In this document: one piece after another, positions 10,301-18,852 of the stretch
Numbering within the stretch: position 1 is the stretch's first letter
Layout: each line of letters starts with the position of its first letter
From: Candidatus Krumholzibacteriia bacterium
GTDB taxonomy: Bacteria > Krumholzibacteriota > Krumholzibacteriia > JAJRXK01
DNA: 64,000 bases
Assembly: GCA_041484665.1 (NCBI GenBank)
Contig: JBGPIA010000016.1
Span: 32,001-96,000 of the forward strand
Reading direction: 5' to 3'
Position numbers and translations under genes: made by a program
The notes under the pieces: model-generated
What the model was told of the DNA's origin: nothing
The model's input: only the letters and a program-made list of their open reading frames with translations
The model's database searches: none

Positions 10301-11353
10301 TCCGATGAGACGTTCGTGGTCAACCTGACCAATCCCGGCGGTGCCCTGGCCGGCTCGCTCCAGGGCACCGGCACGATCCTCAATGACGATGGCGTCCCCG
10401 CGCTCTCGGTCGGCGGCGTGGCGCTGCCAGAAGGAAACGCCGGGACGACCCCCTTCGTCTTCCCGGTCAGTCTCTCCAATCCGACGGATCAGATCGTGAC
10501 GGTGCACTACCAGACCTCCGACAGCACCGCGACCCTCGCCAACAACGATTACCAGGCGGCGAGCGGCACGCTGATCATCCCGGCCATGACCTCCACCGAG
10601 ACCGTCACCGTGCTCGTCAACGGCGACGTGTGTGGCGAGCCGCAGGAGACATTTAGGCTGCGGCTGTCGGTGCCGACGGGCGCGGCGCTCGGCAGCGGCA
10701 CCGGGGTCGGCACGATCCAGAACGACGACGACGCCACTGCGCCGGATGTGACCGTGGTGTCCCCCAACGGCGGGGAGGTCCTGGACGTCGGCAGTACGGC
10801 GGACATCCAGTGGACCGCGACCGACGGTATCGGCGTGACGGGTGTGGACGTTCTGTTGTCGCGCGACGGCGGCGTTACATACCCCGAGCTGCTGGCGTCC
10901 GGCATCGCGAATACTGGATCGTTCCTCTGGACGGTGACGGCCCCTTCATCGGCGACTGCGGATGCGCTCGTCCAGGTGAAGGCGCACGACGCGGGATGCA
11001 ATACGGGTATGGATGTGAGTGACGCGGCCTTCCAGATCTTCAGCGTCGTGACCGCGGTGCCGGAAGGCGGACCGATCACCGAATTTGCGCTCGGCCTGGT
11101 TCGTCCCAACCCGACCGGCGGCCGGGCGGAGATCGATTTCGAGCTGCCGCGCGATGCAACCGTGCGGCTGAGCGTCGTGGACGTGCGCGGTCGCGAGGTG
11201 GTGAAGCTGGTGGACCGCACGTTGGCGGCGGGCCGATACCGGAGCAGCTGGAACGGGCGGACCGTTGGGGGCCCCGCGGCGCGTGGCGTGTACTTCGTCA
11301 GCTTCGAGGCAGCAGGCCGCAAGTTCCATCGCCGACTGGTGCTGGTGCGCTGA
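7313..11353 (+). CDS. Large secreted protein: 'RWGDY' beta-rich domain, four Calx-beta repeats, an Ig-like domain and a C-terminal FlgD-Ig/T9SS-like domain
   Basis: GGGAGA RBS, then GTG 7313 and a signal peptide (MRTTRRIAVLSLLSLGLLLTLSPPTQA). Four EG(N/D)xG...DGTA/DSTA..NDY...E..E(T/S)(F/L) repeats follow, then SPNGGE and a PNP...VRLSVVDVRGREV..W.G..GVYFV tail. Confidence 0.85.
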   Translation: MRTTRRIAVLSLLSLGLLLTLSPPTQAAEGTPETPSATTIGAAGVAEPVSAVMQRQAELEAAGRAERDVEEEIEQPDRSHLPQNPDSQPVPQLPELPPGFKPQPGEVRTLSPQTVGTNFTGATLAGINPTLSFPPDCMGVVGPTQYVVFVNGRLVTFNKATGLADGVLNADPDVFFSSVRNGSITSDPRIRYDRLTARWILVIINVSTPNRILLAVSDAASAGVVTPSTVFTFWFIPIASTPPAISSTCLADYPTLGVDANALYIGTDNFCGSPQAFNSTDGYVVRKSSVLGAGPIILTVFRGLAPTATSAGPYAPQGVDNFDPAATEGYFIGVDNATFGTLMMRRVANPGGTPTISTNISITVPATTFPNRVPHLGNTGGANGQLSALDDRLFAAHLRSGRLWTAHNIGVNNTGAASGSITRDGSRWYELSVPVGSGMPTVVQAGTVFTASATNLNDQRYYWIPSIMVSGQGHAALGFSTAGTNERANAAVVGRLLGEPAGTMETPVLFTSSATAYNPPSDPGGANGRRWGDYSYTSVDPLDDQTMWTVQMFTDATNSYGVRVAKLIAPPPAMPGSIADVNAGQNPVAVSLTGVSAAGSGFYDPGADLPGVPAFHHVSVGVSNGGATGTPPSVVSATYVAPATIALVLDAASATPNLAGEKYTVTVKNPDGQTASAAVLRVVGTAPVATIAVGPGLPEGNSGTTAFEFTVNLSSAATALVTIDYQTGDGTATVADNDYQAATTAITIPFGQATGTIIVNVNGDNKFETDESLVVTLTAATSATLGATVTASGTIQNDDSQPAISIAAAVSAAEGNSGSPPFVLPVSLSNPSASPVSAHYAVSDGTATLADNDYGAASGTVTIPAGQTSGAITVDVVGDTKHEADETFGVSLSGPSGGTLGNASANATITNDDQPPAVSIDSIALAEGDTGTQAFVFTVSLSQASGLPAAVDFATADGTALLANNDYQAESGTLSFAPGVVSQPASVLVNGDQILESDETFVVNLTNPGGALAGSLQGTGTILNDDGVPALSVGGVALPEGNAGTTPFVFPVSLSNPTDQIVTVHYQTSDSTATLANNDYQAASGTLIIPAMTSTETVTVLVNGDVCGEPQETFRLRLSVPTGAALGSGTGVGTIQNDDDATAPDVTVVSPNGGEVLDVGSTADIQWTATDGIGVTGVDVLLSRDGGVTYPELLASGIANTGSFLWTVTAPSSATADALVQVKAHDAGCNTGMDVSDAAFQIFSVVTAVPEGGPITEFALGLVRPNPTGGRAEIDFELPRDATVRLSVVDVRGREVVKLVDRTLAAGRYRSSWNGRTVGGPAARGVYFVSFEAAGRKFHRRLVLVR

Positions 11354-11364
11354 GTCTCACCTCC

Positions 11365-11988
11365 TCAGCCGGCGAAACCCTTGGTGCGCAGGATCTCGTC
11401 GATGCGGGCGCGATGGGTCGCTTCCCAGGCCTCCAGGGTCTCGGCCGCGTCCCGGGCGGCGCGGGTCTGCGCTCCCTTGAGAATGGCCTCTCGCCGCGCG
11501 ACCGGCACGACCACGATCCCCTCCTCGTCGGCGACTACGATGTCGCCGGGCGCCACCTGCACCCCACCACAGCGCACCGGGCCGTTGAGCACCCCGATCG
11601 CATCCTTGGCTGCGGGGAAGGGGAGCACGCCCCGCGCGAAGACCGGGAAGCGCTTTTCGCGCACTTCGGCGAGATCGCGGATCACACCGTCGATGAGGAA
11701 GGCAGCAATCCCACGTTTCTGGGCGACTGCGCACACGTTGCCACCCGCAACCGCGTAGTCCACATCGCCCGCCTCCACGACGATGACCGAGCCGGGCGCG
11801 GCGCGGTAGATGGCGGCGTGGAGCATCAAGTTGTCCCCGGGGACGCAGCGCACCGGATAGGCTGCCCCGGCGACGCGCGGCATCCCCGGCCACAGCGGCC
11901 GGATACCGATGTCCATGACGCGGTCGCGGGTCAGGACGTCGGCGAGCGTGGTGGGGGAGAGTCCGCGGAAGGCAGCAGCGTCGGTCAT
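11365..11988 (-). CDS. RraA-like / HMG-CHA aldolase family protein
   Basis: PGDNLMLHAAI, AVAGG, IDGVIRD, PVFARG, PGDIVVADEEGIVVVP. A GGAGG RBS precedes ATG 11988. Confidence 0.9.
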   Translation of the reverse strand: MTDAAAFRGLSPTTLADVLTRDRVMDIGIRPLWPGMPRVAGAAYPVRCVPGDNLMLHAAIYRAAPGSVIVVEAGDVDYAVAGGNVCAVAQKRGIAAFLIDGVIRDLAEVREKRFPVFARGVLPFPAAKDAIGVLNGPVRCGGVQVAPGDIVVADEEGIVVVPVARREAILKGAQTRAARDAAETLEAWEATHRARIDEILRTKGFAG

Positions 11989-12146
11989 TGTTCCTCCGAG
12001 CTGGTCGCGAAACCTTGTGGAGTGCAAGGGTCAAGCCGGCGATCGAGCCCGGCGCTGCACGCGGCAGGCACGAGCCGGGGACTTCGCGGACGTGCGGGCC
12101 TACCGCACTGCCCGACCAAGCAGCGCGCAGCAGCGGGCGGGCGCCC

Positions 12147-13961
12147 TCAACGCGTGTACTTGTGGTCGCGGCACCAGGCCGTGACGGTGGCCTCGAGGCC
12201 GGCTACGTCCGCAGGACGCGTGGTGAGCCGCTGCGCATCTCCGTGCCCCAACGGGCGCTCGGAGACCTGCCAGTGCGCCGAGTCATTCGCATCGATCTGG
12301 AAGACCTGTTTCTCGCCGCCCTCGTAGAGGGCGCCCTCCGCTGTGCCGTTGCGCAGGCGCCCGCTGAAGCACAACACGCGCCGGTCGACCGCCGGCCGCA
12401 GCAGCGATGCGGCGTCAGGTGAGAGCGTCTGGGGGTCGATCCCGAACCAGTCGAGCGCCGTGGCGGAGATATCCACCGTTGCGCAGAGCCGCGCATCGCT
12501 GCCGGGCGCACGGTCGGTCCGCAAAGCGAGAGGAATCTGCGTTACGGGCTCGTCCACCTGGTACCCGTACCACACCTTGCCATCCTGGTACATCGATCCG
12601 TGGTCCGCCGTGAGCAAGATGTCGATGGCCCCCGCCCACGGCCGTTGCTCCAGCTCGGTCAGAAACCGGCCGAACGCCGCGTCGAAGGCCAAAATGGCCT
12701 GCAGGTACGACTGCCGCAGCTCCTCGACCCGCCAGGCATCACCTGGCTCGTAGCGATAATCGCTGGCGCGGATCCTCGCCTCAGCATCGCGCCGCTCTTC
12801 CGTTGTCCTTTCCGCGGAGAGCCCACTGGCGTGCTCGATCTCGGCTGCCGCACCTTGCACGCTATGGGGAAAGAGATGGATGAGGAGGAAGAAGGGGCGT
12901 CCCCCCTGCGCAAGATCCTCCAACTCCCCCAGCGAGCTCCGCAACGGGCCCTGCTCCGGAAACGGCGCATTGGCGATCGTGCGTATGGCCGCCAGACGGT
13001 CCTTGCGCCGGCCAGGGACCTTCACGGTCTTGCCTGCTGGCGGCGTGTACACGAACACGTTGTACTCCAAGCCGAGCCAGCGAGGAAGGGCGGTGTAGTT
13101 CTGCGAGAGGTACAGCGTGCGCAACCCGTCGTAGTGGTAACACTTGGTCTCGGGTAAAGCGTTCTGGTGACACACCACGAGCCGTGTACGTACCCCATGG
13201 CTCTGGAGTGTTGCGAGGAGATTGTGGTCCCGATCGGAGTTGGAGGCCTCGATGCGACCGGAGTAGAGCGTGGTAAACGCCCCGAGGGTGTAAGGGCAAT
13301 TCGAGTAGGCATTGGTGAACGCCGTCGAGCCTTTGATGAACGCGTCGAGATTGGGCGTGACGATCGGCGACTCCGGGTTGAGAGCGGAGATGTACTTTGC
13401 ACCCATTCCGTCCACGACCATGACCACGAGCCCCCGCTTGGACGGCGGGAGCGACTGGGAGACCGCCACATGCTGCGGCGCGGGGCGCAGTGCCCGCGCG
13501 GCTTTCACCGCTGGAAGCGCGGCCACGCTGGCGACCAGCAGCACCATGGCGATCCCATCGATCTGGGGTAGCCGCGCGTGGGATCGACGTTCCACGATGT
13601 ATCCGAACAGCGCGGCGGCCGCGAACACGACGAGCAGAAGTTCCTGCCGATCCGCCCGCACCAGCCACGGATCGGCCACGATGGTGACCGCCGCTGCGAA
13701 GAGGATCGCGAACGGAGAGCTGTGGAACAGCCGGGGCACGAGATCGAGTCTGCGCACGAGCCGTAGCAGCAAGAGCAGCAACGCGGCGGCCGCCACAGAG
13801 ACGCCCGTGAGCAGGAAGAACACGCCCGCCAGCGTGACGGTGAGCGACTTGACGTCGGTCTCCAGCAGACGCGGGCTCAGGAAGAGCAGGGTGAGCGCTA
13901 GGGCAGCCAGAATAAAGTGCACGCGCGCGAGAAAAAACAGCCCCCTGCGAGAAAGCACCAT
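12147..13961 (-). CDS. Membrane-anchored sulfatase-like / alkaline phosphatase superfamily hydrolase or transferase
   Basis: About 5 N-terminal TM helices. Motifs VMVVDGMG, TPNLDAF, AYSNCPYTLGAFTTLYSG, FFLLIHLFPH, LLTADHG and IPL. It lacks the C/SxPxR formylglycine motif. Confidence 0.8.
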   Translation of the reverse strand: MVLSRRGLFFLARVHFILAALALTLLFLSPRLLETDVKSLTVTLAGVFFLLTGVSVAAAALLLLLLRLVRRLDLVPRLFHSSPFAILFAAAVTIVADPWLVRADRQELLLVVFAAAALFGYIVERRSHARLPQIDGIAMVLLVASVAALPAVKAARALRPAPQHVAVSQSLPPSKRGLVVMVVDGMGAKYISALNPESPIVTPNLDAFIKGSTAFTNAYSNCPYTLGAFTTLYSGRIEASNSDRDHNLLATLQSHGVRTRLVVCHQNALPETKCYHYDGLRTLYLSQNYTALPRWLGLEYNVFVYTPPAGKTVKVPGRRKDRLAAIRTIANAPFPEQGPLRSSLGELEDLAQGGRPFFLLIHLFPHSVQGAAAEIEHASGLSAERTTEERRDAEARIRASDYRYEPGDAWRVEELRQSYLQAILAFDAAFGRFLTELEQRPWAGAIDILLTADHGSMYQDGKVWYGYQVDEPVTQIPLALRTDRAPGSDARLCATVDISATALDWFGIDPQTLSPDAASLLRPAVDRRVLCFSGRLRNGTAEGALYEGGEKQVFQIDANDSAHWQVSERPLGHGDAQRLTTRPADVAGLEATVTAWCRDHKYTR

Positions 13962-14298
13962 AGTCGTGGTGAGCCTGATGCGGGGAAGTGGATAGAATCC
14001 CGGGGCCGACGACGGTCAGTCTAGGCTCGTGCCAACGCACGGGTCAAGCGCGGGCACGGGCCGGCAGCGCCTCAGCGCCCAGGCTCGGCGCCGGAATGGG
14101 CCTGGCCCCCAGCGGGAAGCCAGCTGTTGCGGACCAAGGCCGGGCCGACCGAAGGCACCCGCCCGCGATCGGCCGGGAAGCCCGCGAGCCCGCCGGCTTC
14201 CGGGATCTGCGGAACTCCACAGCGGGCGGCCGGCGGCGAGCCTGCGCAGCACCTTCTAGAAGCCGCGCGGGCTGCACCTCCTGGAGGCGTGCGCCGCA

Positions 14299-14315
14299 TA
14301 GTACGAATCGTACTA
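14299..14315. promoter_or_regulatory. Perfect palindrome TAGTACGA-A-TCGTACTA, a candidate operator
   Basis: An AT-rich perfect inverted repeat 5 nt upstream of a -35 box, in front of an operon that encodes a PadR regulator. Confidence 0.65.
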
Positions 14316-14320
14316 AACGC

Positions 14321-14349
14321 TTGACGGTCCCACTTGCATCGCGTACTCT
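14321..14349 (+). promoter_or_regulatory. Sigma70-type promoter TTGACG-N17-TACTCT, probably giving a leaderless mRNA
   Basis: Near-consensus boxes with 17-nt spacing. ATG 14356 starts 6 nt after the -10 box and has no SD sequence. Confidence 0.65.
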
Positions 14350-14355
14350 TCGGGC

Positions 14356-15621
14356 ATGAGGACTCTCGGAGATTACGGACGTTGCCTACTTACGGTGATC
14401 GCGGTGATCTCTCTCGTTCTTGTCGTCAGCTCCGCGACGGGGGGGTCGGACGGCTCCCTGGCCCCGGCGGCGTCGCGGGACCCGGCCCCACCTTCGGCCC
14501 GGCCTCCCCTTGCGCGCGTGCCGATCGTCTTCGCGCGCAACCAGGTCAGAGTACCTGTTTCGGTCCAGGGCTCGGCCCCCTTCCAGCTCATCCTCGACAC
14601 CGGGATGCCGACCCGGGGAATCCTGCTCCACCGCACCGAGCGCGTGGATGCGCTCGGGCTGGACTTTGCGGACGCCGACTCCCTGACCGGGGCGGGCGGC
14701 GCCGGCCAGACGGTCGCCTCGCGCGTGGCGACCGCATCGCGGATCGAGATCGGTGGCTTTGCGATCTCCAATGTCCCGGTGATCGTCCTGCCGGCCCGAT
14801 CCGGGCTCCCGCTCGATACGGATGGGGTGATTGGGTCGGAGCTGTTCGGGAAATTCGCGGTGCGTGTCGACGTCGACGAGCAGCGGCTCGACTTGTTCGA
14901 CAGCGCGACCTTCGAGCCGCCGCAAGGCAGCACGGTCGTGCCACTGCGCGTCCGGCACGATATGGCGTTCGTGGATGCGCGCGTCACAGTTGGTTCCGGC
15001 GAGCCGGTGACGGCCGACCTCGCAGTCGATCTGGGCGCCGGTCACGCGCTCTGGCTCAACGCGGCTTCCGACGGCAGGCTCGCGCCGCCCCCGGACGCGA
15101 TCGCGACAACGCTAGGGCACGGCCTCTCCGGAGAAGTGCGCGGCCATGTCGGACGCGTGCGCCGCGTCGAGCTTGGGAACTTCGCCTTCGAGGGCGTTGT
15201 GACGGTCTTTCCGGTGCAGGAGCACCAGCACCCCGGTGGCTTCGATTTTCGCGACGGGTTCGTCGGTGCGGAGCTGCTGACCCGCTTCGATGTCACCTTC
15301 GACTACGCGGCAAAGCGCCTGGTTCTGGAACGCGGAGGCCGGATCGCGGAGCCGTTCGAATACGACATGACCGGCATGGTGCTCGATCCACGCGCGCAAG
15401 ACCGCCGCCCGGTGACCGCCGTGCTCGCAGGATCACCCGCCGAGCAGGCCGGAGTCGTCGCGGGCGACGTGCTCGTCGCGGTCGATGGCCAGCGGGTCTC
15501 GGCCCTCGGTCCGGACGACCTCGCGCGCACCTTTCGCAGGGACGACGCCGAAGTCCGGGTAACCCTCGAGCGTGGCGCGACGACGATCGAGAAGCGGCTG
15601 CGGCTCCGGCGGTTGGTGTGA
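14356..15621 (+). CDS. Secreted aspartyl protease (two retropepsin-like domains) with a C-terminal PDZ domain
   Basis: Signal peptide; LILDTG...DGVIG and AVDLGA...DGFVG; PDZ motif GSPAEQAGVVAGDVLVAVDG. Confidence 0.88.
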   Translation: MRTLGDYGRCLLTVIAVISLVLVVSSATGGSDGSLAPAASRDPAPPSARPPLARVPIVFARNQVRVPVSVQGSAPFQLILDTGMPTRGILLHRTERVDALGLDFADADSLTGAGGAGQTVASRVATASRIEIGGFAISNVPVIVLPARSGLPLDTDGVIGSELFGKFAVRVDVDEQRLDLFDSATFEPPQGSTVVPLRVRHDMAFVDARVTVGSGEPVTADLAVDLGAGHALWLNAASDGRLAPPPDAIATTLGHGLSGEVRGHVGRVRRVELGNFAFEGVVTVFPVQEHQHPGGFDFRDGFVGAELLTRFDVTFDYAAKRLVLERGGRIAEPFEYDMTGMVLDPRAQDRRPVTAVLAGSPAEQAGVVAGDVLVAVDGQRVSALGPDDLARTFRRDDAEVRVTLERGATTIEKRLRLRRLV

Positions 15622-15679
15622 ATCGGATCCGTCGACGCTGGAATGCGCGGAACCGGCGCGAACGACCACGATCGATCCC

Positions 15680-16234
15680 ATGCGAGCGCTGAGCGAGCTC
15701 GAGGGCTGCGTGCTCGGGCACCTCTGGAAGCACGGCCCATCCACGGCGTATGCGATCCGCAAGCAGCTGCTCGATTCGCCGTCATCACATTGGAGCGGCA
15801 GCGCCGGAGCCATCTACCCACTGCTTGCGCGGCTCAAGAAGCGCGGGATCGTCGACTCGCGCAAGACCTCGCGCGGTGATCGCCAGACCTGGTTGTATGC
15901 AATGACGCGGCCGGGACGCGATCTCTTCATGGCCTGGCTCGCGCCACCGCTCGATCGCGATGTCATTTCGATTGCCCCGGACCCGTTGCGGACACGCATG
16001 TTCTTCCTCGGCGCCCTCTCGCCGAGCCGCCGCGCGGCCTTTCTCGCTCAAGCCCGCGAGAAGCTGGCTCTGTACATCGATGAACTCGCACCGGGACCCG
16101 CTGTCGACCAATTCGACCGCCTGGCGATTCGTGGCGCAGTGCGTTCCACGCGTGCCCGGATCGCGTGGCTGAAGGACGTGCAGCGCACGTTGGCACGGCC
16201 AAAGCGCCGACAAGGGCGTGGACGTCCGTCTTGA
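15680..16234 (+). CDS. PadR-family transcriptional regulator
   Basis: VLGHLWKHGPSTAYAIRK..HWSGSAGAIYPLLARLKKRG..YAMTRPGRDLFMAWL. Confidence 0.85.
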   Translation: MRALSELEGCVLGHLWKHGPSTAYAIRKQLLDSPSSHWSGSAGAIYPLLARLKKRGIVDSRKTSRGDRQTWLYAMTRPGRDLFMAWLAPPLDRDVISIAPDPLRTRMFFLGALSPSRRAAFLAQAREKLALYIDELAPGPAVDQFDRLAIRGAVRSTRARIAWLKDVQRTLARPKRRQGRGRPS

Positions 16235-16302
16235 CGTCGCGGCGGGCGGGGCGGTAGCGTAGCGTGGTTGGTTTGGCCACGCCGCGGTAATCGGTACCCT
16301 CC

Positions 16303-18852
16303 ATGTCAGATGGCGCCCTACGGAAGACCGAGTGGTGGGTCCCCCCGGTGCGGCGGGCCGCCCTGGCCGTTTTCCTCGCCGTTCCGGTCGTCTCGCTCCT
16401 CGTCCGGCCGCTCGCCGGGCGCCTCGTCTGGACGATTGCGATCGCGGCTCTGCCCCTTTTCATCGTTCTCGTCGGCTACCATCGCTGGCGCCGCATCTGT
16501 CCGCTGGCCTTCTTCAGCCAGATCCCGGTTCTCCTGAGGCGACCCGGCACGCGACGCGCGTCCCCCTGGCTCCAGGCCAACGCCTATTACGTCAGTTTCG
16601 CGGTCTTTTTTGTCTCGCTCTGGATCCGTCTGATCGCGACCAACGGGAACGGCCCGGCCATCGCCGCCTTCTTCATCCTCATCGCCCTGGCTGCGCTCCT
16701 CTTCGGCGTCCTCTTTACGGGGAAGACCTGGTGCAACTACGTCTGCCCGCTCTCGTTCATCGAGAAGGTCTACACCGAGCCACGCGGACTGAGGGAGACG
16801 CCGAACTCGCAGTGCGCCAAGTGCACGGCCTGCAAGCCAGCGTGCCCCGACATCAATGAGGAGAACGGCTATTGGCGCGAGATCGAGTCGTCCGCCAAGC
16901 GATTCGTCTACTTCGCATATCCAGGGATCATCTTCGGCTTCTACTTCTATTACTACCTGCAGTCCGGAACCTGGGACTACTACTTCGGCGGACGGTGGAC
17001 CTACGAGCCCAGCGTTCTCTCGACCTCATTCTTCCCTGGGTCCTCTGGTTCGACCGCCGGGTTCTTCTTCCTACCGCGCGTGCCCCGGGCCCTCGCCTCG
17101 GCCCTCACCTTGGCGGTGTTCGCTCTTCTGAGCTTCGCCTTCTTCGCGAAGCTCGAGCCGGCCGTCGGGCGGTGGCTGCAGCGTCACGACCAGGACGCGG
17201 AACCCCACCGCGCACGGCACATCCTCGTGTCCGTCTCCGCTTTCGTTTCGTTCGTCACCTTCTATACGTTCGCCGGCCAGCCCACGCTGCGCTTGATCCC
17301 CTGGATGCCCCAGATCTTTGGGATCGTCATCGTGCTCGTGGCCAGTCTGTTCCTCGCCCGCCGCTTCGACCGAACCCGGCAGTTCTTCGCGGAAGAGACG
17401 GTAGCGCGCAGCCTCCTCAAGCGCTGGGAGTGGACCGATCTCCGGCCGCCGAAGGCCCTTCACGACGCGTACCTGATCCACACCGTCCGCTCTCAGGAGC
17501 GGGCCATGGGCTACACCCGGCTGCTCGAGATCTACACGGAGGCGCTGCGCGAATCCCTCGCGAGCGGGCTCGTCACGCGCGAGGAGGTGCAGCAGCTCGA
17601 GGCGCTCCGCGGCCGGCTCCAGATCAAGCCGGCCGACCACGAGCGGATCATGGCCGCGCTCGCGGAGGAGGAACGCGCCCGGCTCACCGATCCGGCGAGG
17701 CATCTCTCGCTCGAGAAACATCTGCAGCTCAAGACCTATGCTCGCGCGCTGGAAGGACACCTGGGACGTGTTCTGACGGCAGAGGATCCGGCCTTGGACC
17801 CCGCCATCGGCCGCTTGCAGGCCGAGTACGGTGTCACGCCAAAGGAGCACTCGACGGTCCTCGATCAGATCCTGGGCGGGGGCCACGTCCTCGCGGAGCA
17901 GCTCGCCGGGGAGGTCAGCGTCGTCGAGCGCGCCTCGCAAACGATCGGGGCTCTGGAGGCGGAGCCGACGCCCGCGCACGCGCTTTTGGCCGACCTGCTG
18001 CGCCGCCGCCGCGTCCGTGCCGTCGATCGCCTGCTGAGCGGGCTGCACTTCCAGTCCACCGAGGAGCTGCGCCGTGAGGTCCGCGAGGGGCTCACCTCCG
18101 ATGACGCGCCGCGCCGAGCAGCCGCCCTCGAGTTGCTCAGCGGGGGCGCGCCCGCATCGATCGCCGAGCGCCTGCGCGCCGCGCGCGGCGAGGCCGCCTC
18201 CCAGGAGACGCCGGGGGGCCTCGCGGACCGGCTACGGGCGGAGACGGTAAGCCTCGACCCGTACGCGCGCGCGGCCGCGATCCACGCTCTCGCCTTGCGC
18301 GGCGGCGCCGATGAGGCAACGCTCGAGCACTTGATCCGCGATGAGCACGAGATCGTGCGCGCGACGGCGCTGCGCGCGCGGGTCCTGGCACGGCCGGAGG
18401 TGGGCCAGGGGAGCGGACAGGCGGGTCCCGCCGGCATCGAGAGCATCCTCGCGCTGCGCGCGGTGCCGATCTTCTCCCGGCTCACCCTGGAGGGCCTGGC
18501 GCGGCTGGCCGGTTCGAGCGCCGAGGCCATCCTCGCCCCGGGAGAGGTCGTGTGCCGGGAAGGTGAGCCGGGAGAGGAGGTCCTCGTCCTGCTCGAGGGC
18601 GAGCTCGAGGTCGTGCGTGGTGCCGGACCGACGGAGGAGCGCCTCGGCGTCGAACGCGTGGGTGGCGTCATCGGAGAGATGGCCGTCCTCGACCCGGCTC
18701 CACGCGCCGCCACAGTCCGCGCCGGCGCGCCGGGAGCGCGGATCATGCGCCTGGCGGGCGGTGCGTTCCGCGACGCGCTCGCAGCCGATCCTTCCGTCGC
18801 CGAAGGCGTGATGCGCACGCTGGCGCGTCGCCTGCGCGGGATCAGCAAGTGA
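16303..18852 (+). CDS. Membrane polyferredoxin-like (4Fe-4S) protein with a helical/HEAT region and a C-terminal cyclic-nucleotide-binding domain
   Basis: WRRICPL, WCNYVCP and CAKCTACKPACPD among TM helices. HEAT-like DPYARAAAIHAL..DEHEIVRATA. cNMP-type REGEPG..GELEV..IGEMAVLDPAPRAATVRA. Confidence 0.85.
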   Translation: MSDGALRKTEWWVPPVRRAALAVFLAVPVVSLLVRPLAGRLVWTIAIAALPLFIVLVGYHRWRRICPLAFFSQIPVLLRRPGTRRASPWLQANAYYVSFAVFFVSLWIRLIATNGNGPAIAAFFILIALAALLFGVLFTGKTWCNYVCPLSFIEKVYTEPRGLRETPNSQCAKCTACKPACPDINEENGYWREIESSAKRFVYFAYPGIIFGFYFYYYLQSGTWDYYFGGRWTYEPSVLSTSFFPGSSGSTAGFFFLPRVPRALASALTLAVFALLSFAFFAKLEPAVGRWLQRHDQDAEPHRARHILVSVSAFVSFVTFYTFAGQPTLRLIPWMPQIFGIVIVLVASLFLARRFDRTRQFFAEETVARSLLKRWEWTDLRPPKALHDAYLIHTVRSQERAMGYTRLLEIYTEALRESLASGLVTREEVQQLEALRGRLQIKPADHERIMAALAEEERARLTDPARHLSLEKHLQLKTYARALEGHLGRVLTAEDPALDPAIGRLQAEYGVTPKEHSTVLDQILGGGHVLAEQLAGEVSVVERASQTIGALEAEPTPAHALLADLLRRRRVRAVDRLLSGLHFQSTEELRREVREGLTSDDAPRRAAALELLSGGAPASIAERLRAARGEAASQETPGGLADRLRAETVSLDPYARAAAIHALALRGGADEATLEHLIRDEHEIVRATALRARVLARPEVGQGSGQAGPAGIESILALRAVPIFSRLTLEGLARLAGSSAEAILAPGEVVCREGEPGEEVLVLLEGELEVVRGAGPTEERLGVERVGGVIGEMAVLDPAPRAATVRAGAPGARIMRLAGGAFRDALAADPSVAEGVMRTLARRLRGISK

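Noticed and set aside
12147..13961. True formylglycine-dependent sulfatase paired with the FGE domain at ~48.5-49.2 kb
   Set aside because: It has no C/SxPxR motif, and the two genes are ~35 kb apart.
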